DNA of 64,000 nt, from the NCBI GenBank assembly GCA_964019335.1, contig OZ025667.1:124001-188000 (forward strand), written 5' to 3'. Shown one piece after another: positions 43,533 through 53,898 of this stretch. The notes under the pieces were generated by a model. It was not told where the DNA came from, did not search any database, and saw nothing but the letters and a program-made list of their open reading frames with translations. Position numbers and translations under genes: made by a program. The first letter of the stretch is position 1; each line of letters begins with the position of its first letter. This DNA comes from Diplonema japonicum (taxonomy: Eukaryota > Protista > Euglenozoa: Diplonemea).

Positions 43533-45449
43533 ATGGAGACCGGTTCCCATGACAATGCAATGGAGGACTTCCTTCGGATGAGCGAGTACGAGCTGGTTGG
43601 CGGGGCCCCTGCGATAGAAAAGCTGAGAAATCGTAAGCAAGCCAAAACAAGGAGGTTCAGCTACCTGCACGGAAGGGTTGAAAGGAAGGGGAGTCACCCT
43701 AGCCCGTTGGTAATGAGAGCCAATGAAAGCGCATGCAAGCTGGTGATGGCCGATGATGAGAAAGATTACATCAAGGAGGAGGACAGGACCAACACCGACG
43801 ATGCTTTTGTCACGGACGTAGTGTCAGCCGCTGAGAAGGCGAGGGCACAGTTCGACATTGAGGCGAGCCTTATGCTGGAGACTATAAGGGGTCTTTCCGT
43901 GTCGAGAGAGCTGCACTCTCCAGAGCCTGCTGCAGCCCCGTCGCCCTCTCACACGTACGTTGCTGCCCCTGTACGCAGGGCATCCACAGACTCCAACTAC
44001 TCCTTCAGTGACGTTACTGACGCCAAAGAGCTGGTGGCGAACAGGATACGCTTCTTGCGCAAGAACCCTAAAAAGCAAGCAACCTTGTCTCGGAAAGCGC
44101 ACGAACAGCGGCGGGCACGGGAGGACGCTTACAAGGTCAACTATGTTGTTCGCAACAAGGAGCACATCGGGCTCAGACCGCACTCCCCTTTGCCATCGCC
44201 GAAGAAGAAGCCTTCGCAGATACGAGCGGAGCAAGACGAACAGTGGATGATGTCGAAGACATCACGGCAGCTGAAACGCGAGCAACAAGCACGGGAGGAG
44301 GAGGAAGCGGTACATGCACAGAAGCTCCTGACAGCAGTGTTCATGGGACTGCACATGAAGGAGATGAAGCGGCGTGTTGCAGAGGCGAAGTGGGAAGTGA
44401 TCGAAACCCACCGCAAGGTGTGGGCGGCACTAGTATTACAGAGACGTGTCTTTGCAAGAATATCCGCACGGAGGGAGGCGGCAAGGGCGATACCAGGTGT
44501 GGCAGCAATGGCAGAGCTGGTTCAGAAACGAAAGAAGAAGCAAGCGGAGCTTGCACTGGAGAAGGAGAAAGGGAGGGCCATGGGCGTTGTGCTGCACACG
44601 ATACGACTCACAGCCGGGTGCGTGCAGATGAGGGCACGGTTTGCACGGACACTGTTTATGAAAAGACTCAGAGTCCTACAAAGATTCGGGAGAAACGTAG
44701 TTCGCAGGAAGAGATTCCAACTATTCTTAATGGAGATGCAATGGAGGGCAGAGGAACAACACTTATCCTTGCAGCACAGGGTCAGCGACATGACACGACT
44801 GAGGGGAACACTAGGGAAGTTTTTATCATGGCGGGACGCGGAGAAGAAGATCCACATGACGAAGGACATCGCAACGCTGTGGCGGGAGTCGCTTCCGTGG
44901 GATCAGAAGACGTTCACGTTGTTGGCGTCTCTGGCGGAGATGAAGGCACACCAACTTTCAGACGTCGAGTTGCGAAGCGTGGCAACTGACTTGGGGTACC
45001 TTTCCTTCGGCAGCTATGTCGTCCCTGCACAGTACAGGAAAGAGATACTAAGCAGGGAACTACAGCAGCGAAGACGTTCATTTCAAATGCAGATGCCAGG
45101 GTACAAGAACGCTTTAATGAGATGGACAACGGAACAAGCACTTCTCGAGACACATGTCACCCACGAACTGGAAGGTGTCCAAGCAAGATTACTAAAGATA
45201 GCTGGTGCAAAGGCCCCACCCCAGTACCCCACGTGGTCTGTTATAATCGATGTGTCGGAGTTACATGAATGGATTGAAAAGGGATGGAGGGTACCTGTCC
45301 CGTCTACTGATAAACATTTTGACCTCAAGGCAGCAAGAAGGAGGAGCACCGCGACTTTCGCGCAGATGTCACCCCGTGGTGAGGACTGGACGAGAAAGAG
45401 CCTTTTTGACCCAAAACGGAAGCGGTCGTATGTAAAGCAAGATCACTGA
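43533..45449 (+). CDS. Basic coiled-coil protein with IQ-like motifs
   Basis: AALVLQRRVFAR and LRVLQRFGRNVVRRK are IQ-like; long helical ORF. Confidence 0.65.
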   Translation: METGSHDNAMEDFLRMSEYELVGGAPAIEKLRNRKQAKTRRFSYLHGRVERKGSHPSPLVMRANESACKLVMADDEKDYIKEEDRTNTDDAFVTDVVSAAEKARAQFDIEASLMLETIRGLSVSRELHSPEPAAAPSPSHTYVAAPVRRASTDSNYSFSDVTDAKELVANRIRFLRKNPKKQATLSRKAHEQRRAREDAYKVNYVVRNKEHIGLRPHSPLPSPKKKPSQIRAEQDEQWMMSKTSRQLKREQQAREEEEAVHAQKLLTAVFMGLHMKEMKRRVAEAKWEVIETHRKVWAALVLQRRVFARISARREAARAIPGVAAMAELVQKRKKKQAELALEKEKGRAMGVVLHTIRLTAGCVQMRARFARTLFMKRLRVLQRFGRNVVRRKRFQLFLMEMQWRAEEQHLSLQHRVSDMTRLRGTLGKFLSWRDAEKKIHMTKDIATLWRESLPWDQKTFTLLASLAEMKAHQLSDVELRSVATDLGYLSFGSYVVPAQYRKEILSRELQQRRRSFQMQMPGYKNALMRWTTEQALLETHVTHELEGVQARLLKIAGAKAPPQYPTWSVIIDVSELHEWIEKGWRVPVPSTDKHFDLKAARRRSTATFAQMSPRGEDWTRKSLFDPKRKRSYVKQDH

Positions 45450-46334
45450 AAGGGGAAAAAAAGGAAAAAAAAAGAGAGAGAAAAAATCACACTGGTCCAT
45501 GGTATGGTATGAACCACTACGCAACATTTCCCAGCTCTTTGGCGGCAGATGAAGAAGAATCTTTTTTGGTTGGATATGGGGGTATTTCCTCCCCCCCCCT
45601 TTTTTTTTCATCCGAAGAGAGGTTTTTTAATTTATCTGCAAATTGCAAGAATGCAATGGAGAGAACAAAAGAAAAGAAAACAAAAAAGTTGTAAAAGCCC
45701 CCCCTCCCCAAAGAATTACTAAAAAGCTGATAAAGTTAGAACGGAAAAAAAAACGTTCAGTCCGGGTTCCGGTGTTTATGGCCCTTCGGTTTGCTTTGCC
45801 ATGGCCATAGTCTTTCTCAGTTTTAATTTAATTTGGAGTCGAAAGGAACAATGAATTATTGCGGGACCCCCTCCCTGCTACCTTTTATTTTATTTCTCTT
45901 TCTCTTCTCTTTCCACAAAAAAGTCCGTTTATTCTTTTGCTTTTTCATTCTCTCTCTTTCTCTCTCTTTTTTTTGTTTTAACAATATTATTGTCGAGACT
46001 AAAAACTAGTTGATGGCAGCGTAATGAGCTATTTTATTAGGTAAAATTCCGCTCGTGCGCACAAACAAATGGAGCGCCAAACTAGTTTTTTCTTCTTCCC
46101 TCGGTTGCAAAGGGGAAGAAAAAAAAGAACACCCCCCCCCCCCCCCGCCCCACCCCCATCCGGTGAAAACTATAACCCGGGAGAGGGACACCGAAATCCT
46201 GCGAAAACAGAAAAAAGAAAAGAAAAAACTTTTTTCTTTTTATTCTCTCCTTTTTTTTTTTTTTGTTTTTGTTTTTTTTTGTTTGAATAATTTTTTCTTG
46301 TCTCACCAATTCACTCACCTGGAAGGAGGAGGGG

Positions 46335-46375
<41 letters not shown>

Positions 46376-46381
46376 GAACAA

Positions 46382-47308
46382 ATGAAAAACACACCAGTGT
46401 GGATAACGATAACTATAGCAGCTTTGGCGACCGTGTGCAATGCACAAACCTGCACCTCAGCCACCTCGGATAGGTACGTGGGGTACTCGGGCTCCGTACG
46501 GTTCGTGGGGACGAGCACCTTTCAAGAGCTAGTGAACTTAGGCACAGGGGACACCATTGCCATTACATGCGTGACGCTGACAGAAACCCTGGGAAACGGG
46601 ACGTGCAATGTAGCAAGCATGCTTCACATCTGCAGAGACAATGTAACTGCTTCAAGTTGCCAAAGCTTGAACGCGATGCTGCAGGGAGCCCGGGACGTCT
46701 CCTTTGGAGGAACGTCCACTGTGTACAACTGGCTCCTCGCATTCGATGGAAGAGGGAAACCTGCGGACTGCTACTCCGGTACCGGCTGGGCTCTGTCAGT
46801 CGATATTATCAAATACGTATCGACAGGGGATGATGGGTCGTCCTCTGTAGCGGTGTCAGTCATAGCTGTTGTTGTTGTTGTTTTGATTGTGCTTCTCATT
46901 GCACTTGTGTTAGGGGTGTATATGCATCAGAAATCTGTGAATGCGAGGACGCATGAGGTGCCGGCACATCAAATGACTGTTGAGGAGGATCCTCAGCCTT
47001 ATGTAACAAAGAATCCCATTCATTCTACTTTTACTGGCGGGCCTGGTCAGAGTTATTCGGCTTCTCCCGTTCCGGTGGCTGTGCATCAGCCTGGGTCGCC
47101 TGTCCCGCCTTTAACTCCTCTCGACCGGAATATCGCGACGCAGTCCGCCTTCTCTCCTTCTCCTGTCCCGTATGACGCCACGCCTGAGTTTCATGAGGAC
47201 CCTCTTGTCGTTGCGTGTGCCGATTGTGGGGCGCAGATCGGCCATTACAACACTACCCCTACTTGTCCTGTGACAGGTGCCATGCACCCTGATAAGTTAG
47301 CTACATGA
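46382..47308 (+). CDS. Type I membrane protein (signal peptide, Cys-containing ectodomain, TM, Pro-rich tail ending in CxxC...C...H)
   Basis: MKNTPVWITITIAALATVCNA signal; VAVSVIAVVVVVLIVLLIALVLGVY TM; CADC..CPVTGAMH. Confidence 0.8.
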   Translation: MKNTPVWITITIAALATVCNAQTCTSATSDRYVGYSGSVRFVGTSTFQELVNLGTGDTIAITCVTLTETLGNGTCNVASMLHICRDNVTASSCQSLNAMLQGARDVSFGGTSTVYNWLLAFDGRGKPADCYSGTGWALSVDIIKYVSTGDDGSSSVAVSVIAVVVVVLIVLLIALVLGVYMHQKSVNARTHEVPAHQMTVEEDPQPYVTKNPIHSTFTGGPGQSYSASPVPVAVHQPGSPVPPLTPLDRNIATQSAFSPSPVPYDATPEFHEDPLVVACADCGAQIGHYNTTPTCPVTGAMHPDKLAT

Positions 47309-47411
47309 TTTTTTTTGTTTTTTTTTTTTATATTGTATTTTTTTTTTTTTTTTAGTAAAAATAAAGTAACAATAGAAGGAGAGCATTTTTTTTTTTTTTA
47401 TTATTATTTAA

Positions 47412-48495
47412 TACATCAACCCACGGGGATGGCGCACGGACACGGTGGAGCACATCCCGATGGCGGAAGGAGAAGAAGACGAGGATGAAGACGAGGCTGA
47501 AGATGAACAAGAAGAAGAAGAAGAGAAAGGACAGGACACCGAAAAGTGGCTGATTGCGGAGGCGAGGAAGCAAGAAGCTAAGCAGGCCGAACCCACGACG
47601 GCACACTGCGACATCTGCGGTCAGGAGCAACAGCTGCCCAACATGCTGGAGCACGCACTGTGGGAGTGCGAAAAGGCCAAGGAAGTGCAACAGCGGGAAG
47701 AACACGAAGGCATGACGCGCAGGGGGCTGGAACCGTGTACGAAGCTGCATGGCATCCTGCCAGGGGAGCAGGGAAGGATGTCAGGGAAAGGCTCGAAGGA
47801 ACGCAGAGGTACCTGCTGGCGGTGGTGGGGGAGCGGGACGCTGCCCTACAAGCGAAGAGGCAGGAGGTGTACCACACACACCAGTGGCTGGAGATCACAC
47901 AAGGTCAAGAACACCCAGTACCGTCGGACAAGGACTTCGGCAAGCTACCGGCAGGGGATGTCCTACGGGAGTACACGAAGGAGGTGCTGAGGTGGATGCG
48001 GCAACTGCGCTGGTATGCAGGCAGCAGGAACACGTCAGTGTCGACGGTGGAGCTGGCACTGGATTTCGAGAACGTGACCGGGAAGACCCTTGGAGGGAAG
48101 CTGGGGGATCTCGCAGAGGTACAGCAGAAAGCGAGGAGATTGCATGGACTGATGAAGAAGATCTGGCACACATTGGAGCTAGGGAGGGTACTGAAGAAGG
48201 TGAAAGGAAGGAGGGCCTTCCCAGCTGAGCCGAGCACAAGAGTGCACACACTACGATCTATCGGGAGGACAAAGGCGGTGATCGGATGGAACAGGAGGGC
48301 GATATTTGCATCACCGAAGACCAAGCATGACCTAGAGGCGTTGAAAGGACAATGGGCGAGAGAACGAAGAGAAAAAGCGGCCAGGCTGGGGAGAAGGCCG
48401 GCAAGACCACCAAAGGAGGAGAAACCGCTGCTGAAAGGGGATAGGTGCAGGTAGAAGATGAGAACAAGGGGGCGTCTCACAAAGACTTCCTTTAA
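47412..48495 (+). mobile_element. 5'-truncated non-LTR retrotransposon remnant (3' part of ORF, frameshifted)
   Basis: CCHC knuckle CDICG...EHALWEC, PCTKLHGI, frameshift near 47765, then W..L.W...VS.VELALDF; homologous to 57565-59062. Boundaries approximate. Confidence 0.75.
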
Positions 48496-48952
48496 CTCAT
48501 ATATATTTTATTTCTTTTTTTTTTTATAATTATTGTCCGGATTAGTTTGTTCGTCAAAGAAAGAAGAAAAAAAAAAATAAAAGAAGAAGAAAGAAAAAGT
48601 ACCAAAACGGGGGAAACAAAAGAATGGGAAGGAGGGGTGCTGCTACCCGGGGTGGGGTATGGGGGTGTTTACCCCCCAGATTTTCTTTTGTTTCCGTCTT
48701 TGTCATGTACGATATAGTAATGGGGGGGAAAAAAAAACTGATGGGAGATTTGTACTGGTGGGGAAAAGAAACTGGGCGGTTTTGCGCCGATTTTGAAATT
48801 TCCCATTACACAGCAGTCCCTTTTATTTTTCTCTGTTTTTTTCCCCCTCTTTTTTTCCTTTTTTCCTTTCTTCCCCGTAGTGGTAGGTTTTAAAACAAAA
48901 ACATATTCTGACACAAAAGAATGTTAAACAAAAGCTTTTTTTTTTTGTCATA

Positions 48953-49096
48953 CCTTGCAACTTAAAAGTTTTTAGGCTACTTTTTAGGACTTTAGGCTTG
49001 CCCCCCCCCAAAAAAAACCCCCCCTGAAGTTTTAGGAGTTTTTAAGGATTCGAGTTCAAAGTTTTTTTTTTTTTTTTTTCTTTTTGGGTTGCAAGG
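48953..49096. mobile_element. Probable MITE (TA-flanked, TIR CCTTGCAAC)
   Basis: TA-CCTTGCAAC (48951-48961) ... GTTGCAAGG-TA (49088-49098); interior has degenerate TTTAGG repeats and homopolymers. Confidence 0.45.
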
Positions 49097-49258
49097 TAAT
49101 TTTGTAGGGAAAAAAAAAAGTGAAATTTTTTATTTTTAGTAAATTCTTTTTTTTTTAAATTTTTTTTTAAAATAAACCACAACCCCCTTCCCCAGAGGAA
49201 CGAAAGAAAGCCAAGCGAGCTGCACGCATGCTGGTGGCCTGCAGGTGGGGTGGGAGGA

Positions 49259-50448
49259 ATGTCTGAAACACGCATAGCAGAGTTAGAAGACGAGAACAAG
49301 AAGTTACTGAGCGAGAACCAAAAGCTGAAGAGCGAGGTAGAATGCCTTAACAAAACAATCATGATGCTAGCAAGGGGTGGGGACAGCGCACCAGCAGGCG
49401 GGGTTGTATTGGGTGCACCACCAATGCATCACCACCACCACCATCACCATGCGCACCACCACCACCATCATCACGGCCATCATCATGCACCTGTAGCATC
49501 TGGACCACCCCCACCCGCGTCAAGCACCGTAAAGTCAAGGTCGCCTAAAAAGGACAAAGGGAAAACATCCCGCGTGAAGGGTGAAGCATTAAAACGGCAT
49601 AGTAGAACACCGTCCCGACCGCCTGACAGGGATCGGGAACGAGGGGGGAACCGCGAACCGTTGCTTCCAATGTCTGGAGACAAGTACCTCCCTGTACCGA
49701 TCGAGACACGGAAACGAAGCCATACAAGCAGCATGGCAGCATCTTTGCAGAAAACACTGATGGACCGTGAGCGGCGGGGTGCGGAGAAGGGGAAGGTCGG
49801 GATGATGCCAACGTTGTGGAAACCACCCGAATCTGTTTGGCAACGGTTCACAGGGACCTTCGGGCAAAACGACGCGGAACTTGAACCAGAACCGCCTTTC
49901 AAGGTACAGAAGGTAGCCGATTTATCGCAAGACAAAAGGTTCAAACAGGCCATGTTGTCGTGCCTGGTGTTCAACCTGCTGGTCAAAGGGGACATTGGCC
50001 AGCTTCCTCCCTCAACTCTCTCCTCCGCAGCACGTGGTCTGTACCGCCTCAACGATGGTGATCTTGTGAAGCTGAAGCAGTCGTGCGAAGCCCGCCCCGC
50101 CCAAGCATCACATCTCATCTCCATCTTGTACAAGATGCTTACCGTCCTCATCTGGCACTCTGCAGAGAGCGTCGCGGATATCTTGGATGTTTGCCACCGG
50201 CTGCTTAAGAAACAACAAGGAAGCGATGCTGTGGGGCAGGCGGAGATGCTTGAAGTCTCAGCGCGGTTGTCCCATGTATCACCGCTTGATCAGCAGGTGT
50301 GCGGGATTATAAAAAAGAATACTATTTCAACCAGATTGCGTTCAGCACCGACTACCCTCCTTACTCACTCCCAGCAGTTTCGAAGAGGGTGCAGGCAATC
50401 GCCCAGAAAATACATGCGCTTTTGCAGAGTAAAATGAAAGATTACTGA
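49259..50448 (+). CDS. Hypothetical protein with coiled coil and poly-His tract, 2 exons
   Basis: RIAELEDENKKL..ENQKLKSE coiled coil; His tract 49427-49486; probable intron 50297-50334; TGA 50446-50448. Confidence 0.7.
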
Positions 50449-50945
50449 ATCTTTGTGGAAACGTGGGGGAAGGGGGGGTTTTTTTTTTAAACATTATTTT
50501 TGTGGAAGGAAACCAGGGAGAGGCATCGTCCATCTCTTTCTTTTTTTTAAAAAAGAAGGTTGTGTCTCGGAAGAGGAGGGGGAGAGGGGAGGCATCAAGG
50601 TGCTTTTCATTTTTCTTCTATTTTTTTTTTTTTTTTTTAGTCCATTGTCCTGTCAGAGGACTGTTTCTGTAATAATAATAATAAAGCAAGAAGCAAAAAA
50701 TACTCCTTATTTTTTTTGCAAAAGAAAAAGAAAATGGTTTCTTTTTTTTTGAAAGAAAGAAAGAAAGAAGAAAAACCTTTCCTCCCCCACGCGCCTCTAT
50801 CTCAATAGCATCGGCAAAAGGAAAAAAAAAAAGAAATCAGAAATAAACAAACGGCCTTTTATTTCCCCCCTTCATCTCCTTTTTTCCTCAAACCAGACCA
50901 AACACAAGGGGGGGGAGGGGGTTGTAAAAAAAAGATTGAAAAAAC

Positions 50946-53726
50946 ATGTTACTATTCGTGGGGGTGGTGATGGCGGTAGGGTCGTGGGAGTGGTATGCAC
51001 AGCAAAGCGTATTCCCGGGATGTGCTGAGGACTTAGTGTTCAACAGCAGCTCGATAACATGCGAAACATGTGTCGACGACAGTGAAGTGAATGCACAGGG
51101 AGGAGACTGTTGGTGCAAGCAAGGGACAATCGGTGTACCTGGAGAGTGTGCGGCTTGCCCTGCAAACACGGTTCCCGACTCCAAAAGGCTTACGTGCATC
51201 CCATGCTCTGCCAGCACCACCAGAGGAATTGCTTCAAACGAATGCCAGTGCAGCGGTGCCAACGACGTACTCGTTGATTACCTAGAAGGGACAAGGCTGG
51301 AGGAAAAGGCCTGCCTCGACTGCTCTCTCTACCTCCTCACCGCTAACACTACAACACAGCAATGCGTTCCATCCGGGCCGTGTCCTACCGCCTTCACGCT
51401 TTACCAATCCACCTGTGTCCCCACCACGGAGCTTGAACAGGTTCTCGCCACTTACACTGCTTCGGATTCTTATCTTTCGCGCAATGCGGTCATCTCAGCT
51501 GCCTTCTGCCTCGCAGGTGTGACTGGAGCTACCGGTTGTCGTCATCTTGGAAACCTCTGCACCCTTCAGACCATCTCTGAAATCGATTCCGCCACAGACG
51601 CTTGCCAGTTGTACACGTATGTCGGCACGCAGAACGCTAGCCGTGCGCCGCCCCTTTTCTATGAGAGCGCCTCGATGTTGGACACGATCCAGCAGGACTT
51701 CGTCAGGAACGTTGATTTCGATGAAGACATGTCCATCTCAGTCACCGCCTACACTGTCAACGGGACCTTTCGCGGTGTGCAGCCCCTTAGTAACCAGGTG
51801 TTCATGTGCGAGGTTGTCGAGCCTGTCGCAGCACACGGTTTGAGCTTCGGGAACAACATCATAACGAAATGCGCTGTAAACGATGTATGGCTGAGCGAGT
51901 CGGCGGGGGAGCCGTTGCTCTTCCAGCTGTTTATCAAAAACGAAGCAGGTGCCGAGGTGCCTGTGCCCGTGCGCATAGGGAACGATGGCGACAGCACCGA
52001 GTACTTCTACGGTACACAGCGTGACGTTGTCCAGACGCAGATGCTGAGGCGGTTTGCGCTGTACGACAATTTGCTGTCGACGAGAACCGTGTGGTACGCC
52101 GATGAGCTGACCATCGTGGTGGCAACACGGGATACCAACTACGGTGCCGTTTACACACCACTTGTGACAGTGCACTACACCCGGCTGGATAGAAAAACTC
52201 TTCCGCCCCCTCCCATTGTGCCCCGAACAGTCTTCGATGATGGTGTTGGTTCCACGTCGTCCATCTTCTACGTGAGTGACATCAACCACAGCGCCCTCAT
52301 CGCGCTCATCATCACTTCTTGCTGTGTTTCATTCGCCACATCGTTGGTCAAGGCATGGGCATGGCAACGACGCCTTGTGTCGCCTTACCTGGATCCTTTC
52401 TCGGGGCTTATCAGGTGGATGGTCTACTATGCTTCGCACCTTGCTTTCTACTTCTTCGTTGTGACTTCAGGTGCGACGATGTACTACTTCTTGTGGTTCA
52501 AAGGACAGAGTCGGCCGTCTGTCCTGCTCCCGCCGCCGTCTAGCATCACGTCGTACTTCACCGCATTGCTGTGGACGGCATTTGCCTGCAGATGCATTGA
52601 CGTGGGGTACCGTGTGTTCGAACAGTGCTACATGTGGGTGTTCTTCTTGGATTGGGAGCAGCCACGTGGCAGGTTGATGGCGGAGAACAAGGAAGTACCG
52701 GTGTCCATGTGGCGCATGGTTTTCGCAGCCAATCAGTTCAACGTGTTGCAGTCGCAGCTCTCGTTCAAGATCTACACCACGCTGTTCATGGTGCTTGTGT
52801 TGTTGGAAGCGTTCCAGCTCCAGGGGCTGACCACGGCACAGCCTAATGGGAATAATCTTAGCCAGCAGGGTTCGTTTTCACACCCACTACTGCGCATTGC
52901 CCTTACTGTTATTCTGTGGTACGGTGTTACTTTCGTGCTCTGGCTGTGGGAGGCACTGGTGTACCATCGGTTCCTTGCCGCGGACCCTGTGAGGGAGTTC
53001 AACGACTTGTTGTCACTAGCGAACGTGTCGATGTTCTGCTTGCTGGAGCGAAGGAACGGCTTCTATATCCATGGGAAGTCAGTGCACCAATTTGCGGACG
53101 CCAGCGTTCGGGAGTTCCAGGCGATGCTGAAGAGGGAGGAGGAGGGCGGCATCCCGATGAGAGGCCTAGCGGGGCAGAGCGAGCACCAGACGTTCGAGAT
53201 TCTAGTCGATGATAATCTGTCTAAATTTCTGTATGAGACACAGATGGTGTTGAACAGAGAGAGGATGCCGCAGCTGCAAGGTCAAGGGGCCAGACCGAGG
53301 AGGTGTTATGAGCTATTACTTGGGAGGAGGTCGAGGAACATCCTCACACAGGACGCCCTGATGCAGCTTCAGGAGCTGAACAGAGTGCTGCAAGCGATCG
53401 TCACACGTATTGTGGAAGATGTGCAGGCAAAGACAGCTGTTCATAAATCCTTGGGTGTCATTCCTTTTGTCTTCCCTGGAATGCCAACAAGATTCTTCCT
53501 CGACAGCGACACTGCTTGGGCCCGCTGCATTCTCCTGTACCTTGAACCCGCCATTTCTAATTGCGCGCTTCTCCTCTACCTCTCTCTTGATTTCCACTTC
53601 CAAAACGCATTCGTCTCCGCCTCCATAGCCTTCCTTTTTATCCTTTTCGTGCAGGCCGTGCGGAACGTGCTCGGTGTGACGAACCTGGGGCAGAAGACTA
53701 TGATAGATGATAGATTCTTCTTGTGA
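50946..53726 (+). CDS. TMEM67: Meckelin (transition-zone protein)
   Basis: Signal peptide, Cys-rich ectodomain, FFLDWEQPRG, VSMWR..FAANQFN.LQ, DLLSLANVS, GFYIHGKS.H..AD and terminal IDDRFFL. Confidence 0.93.
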   Translation: MLLFVGVVMAVGSWEWYAQQSVFPGCAEDLVFNSSSITCETCVDDSEVNAQGGDCWCKQGTIGVPGECAACPANTVPDSKRLTCIPCSASTTRGIASNECQCSGANDVLVDYLEGTRLEEKACLDCSLYLLTANTTTQQCVPSGPCPTAFTLYQSTCVPTTELEQVLATYTASDSYLSRNAVISAAFCLAGVTGATGCRHLGNLCTLQTISEIDSATDACQLYTYVGTQNASRAPPLFYESASMLDTIQQDFVRNVDFDEDMSISVTAYTVNGTFRGVQPLSNQVFMCEVVEPVAAHGLSFGNNIITKCAVNDVWLSESAGEPLLFQLFIKNEAGAEVPVPVRIGNDGDSTEYFYGTQRDVVQTQMLRRFALYDNLLSTRTVWYADELTIVVATRDTNYGAVYTPLVTVHYTRLDRKTLPPPPIVPRTVFDDGVGSTSSIFYVSDINHSALIALIITSCCVSFATSLVKAWAWQRRLVSPYLDPFSGLIRWMVYYASHLAFYFFVVTSGATMYYFLWFKGQSRPSVLLPPPSSITSYFTALLWTAFACRCIDVGYRVFEQCYMWVFFLDWEQPRGRLMAENKEVPVSMWRMVFAANQFNVLQSQLSFKIYTTLFMVLVLLEAFQLQGLTTAQPNGNNLSQQGSFSHPLLRIALTVILWYGVTFVLWLWEALVYHRFLAADPVREFNDLLSLANVSMFCLLERRNGFYIHGKSVHQFADASVREFQAMLKREEEGGIPMRGLAGQSEHQTFEILVDDNLSKFLYETQMVLNRERMPQLQGQGARPRRCYELLLGRRSRNILTQDALMQLQELNRVLQAIVTRIVEDVQAKTAVHKSLGVIPFVFPGMPTRFFLDSDTAWARCILLYLEPAISNCALLLYLSLDFHFQNAFVSASIAFLFILFVQAVRNVLGVTNLGQKTMIDDRFFL

Positions 53727-53799
53727 AACCAACGAATATGAAAAAGAAAAAGTAGTAAAATCTGTTTTAGAGTTAAAAAAAAAAAAATAGAATTTAATT

Positions 53800-53836
<37 letters not shown>

Positions 53837-53898
53837 TCATTCTTATTTTTCGGAAGAACGTACCACAGCCACAGGACACGCCGTTGGTAGAGACAAAC

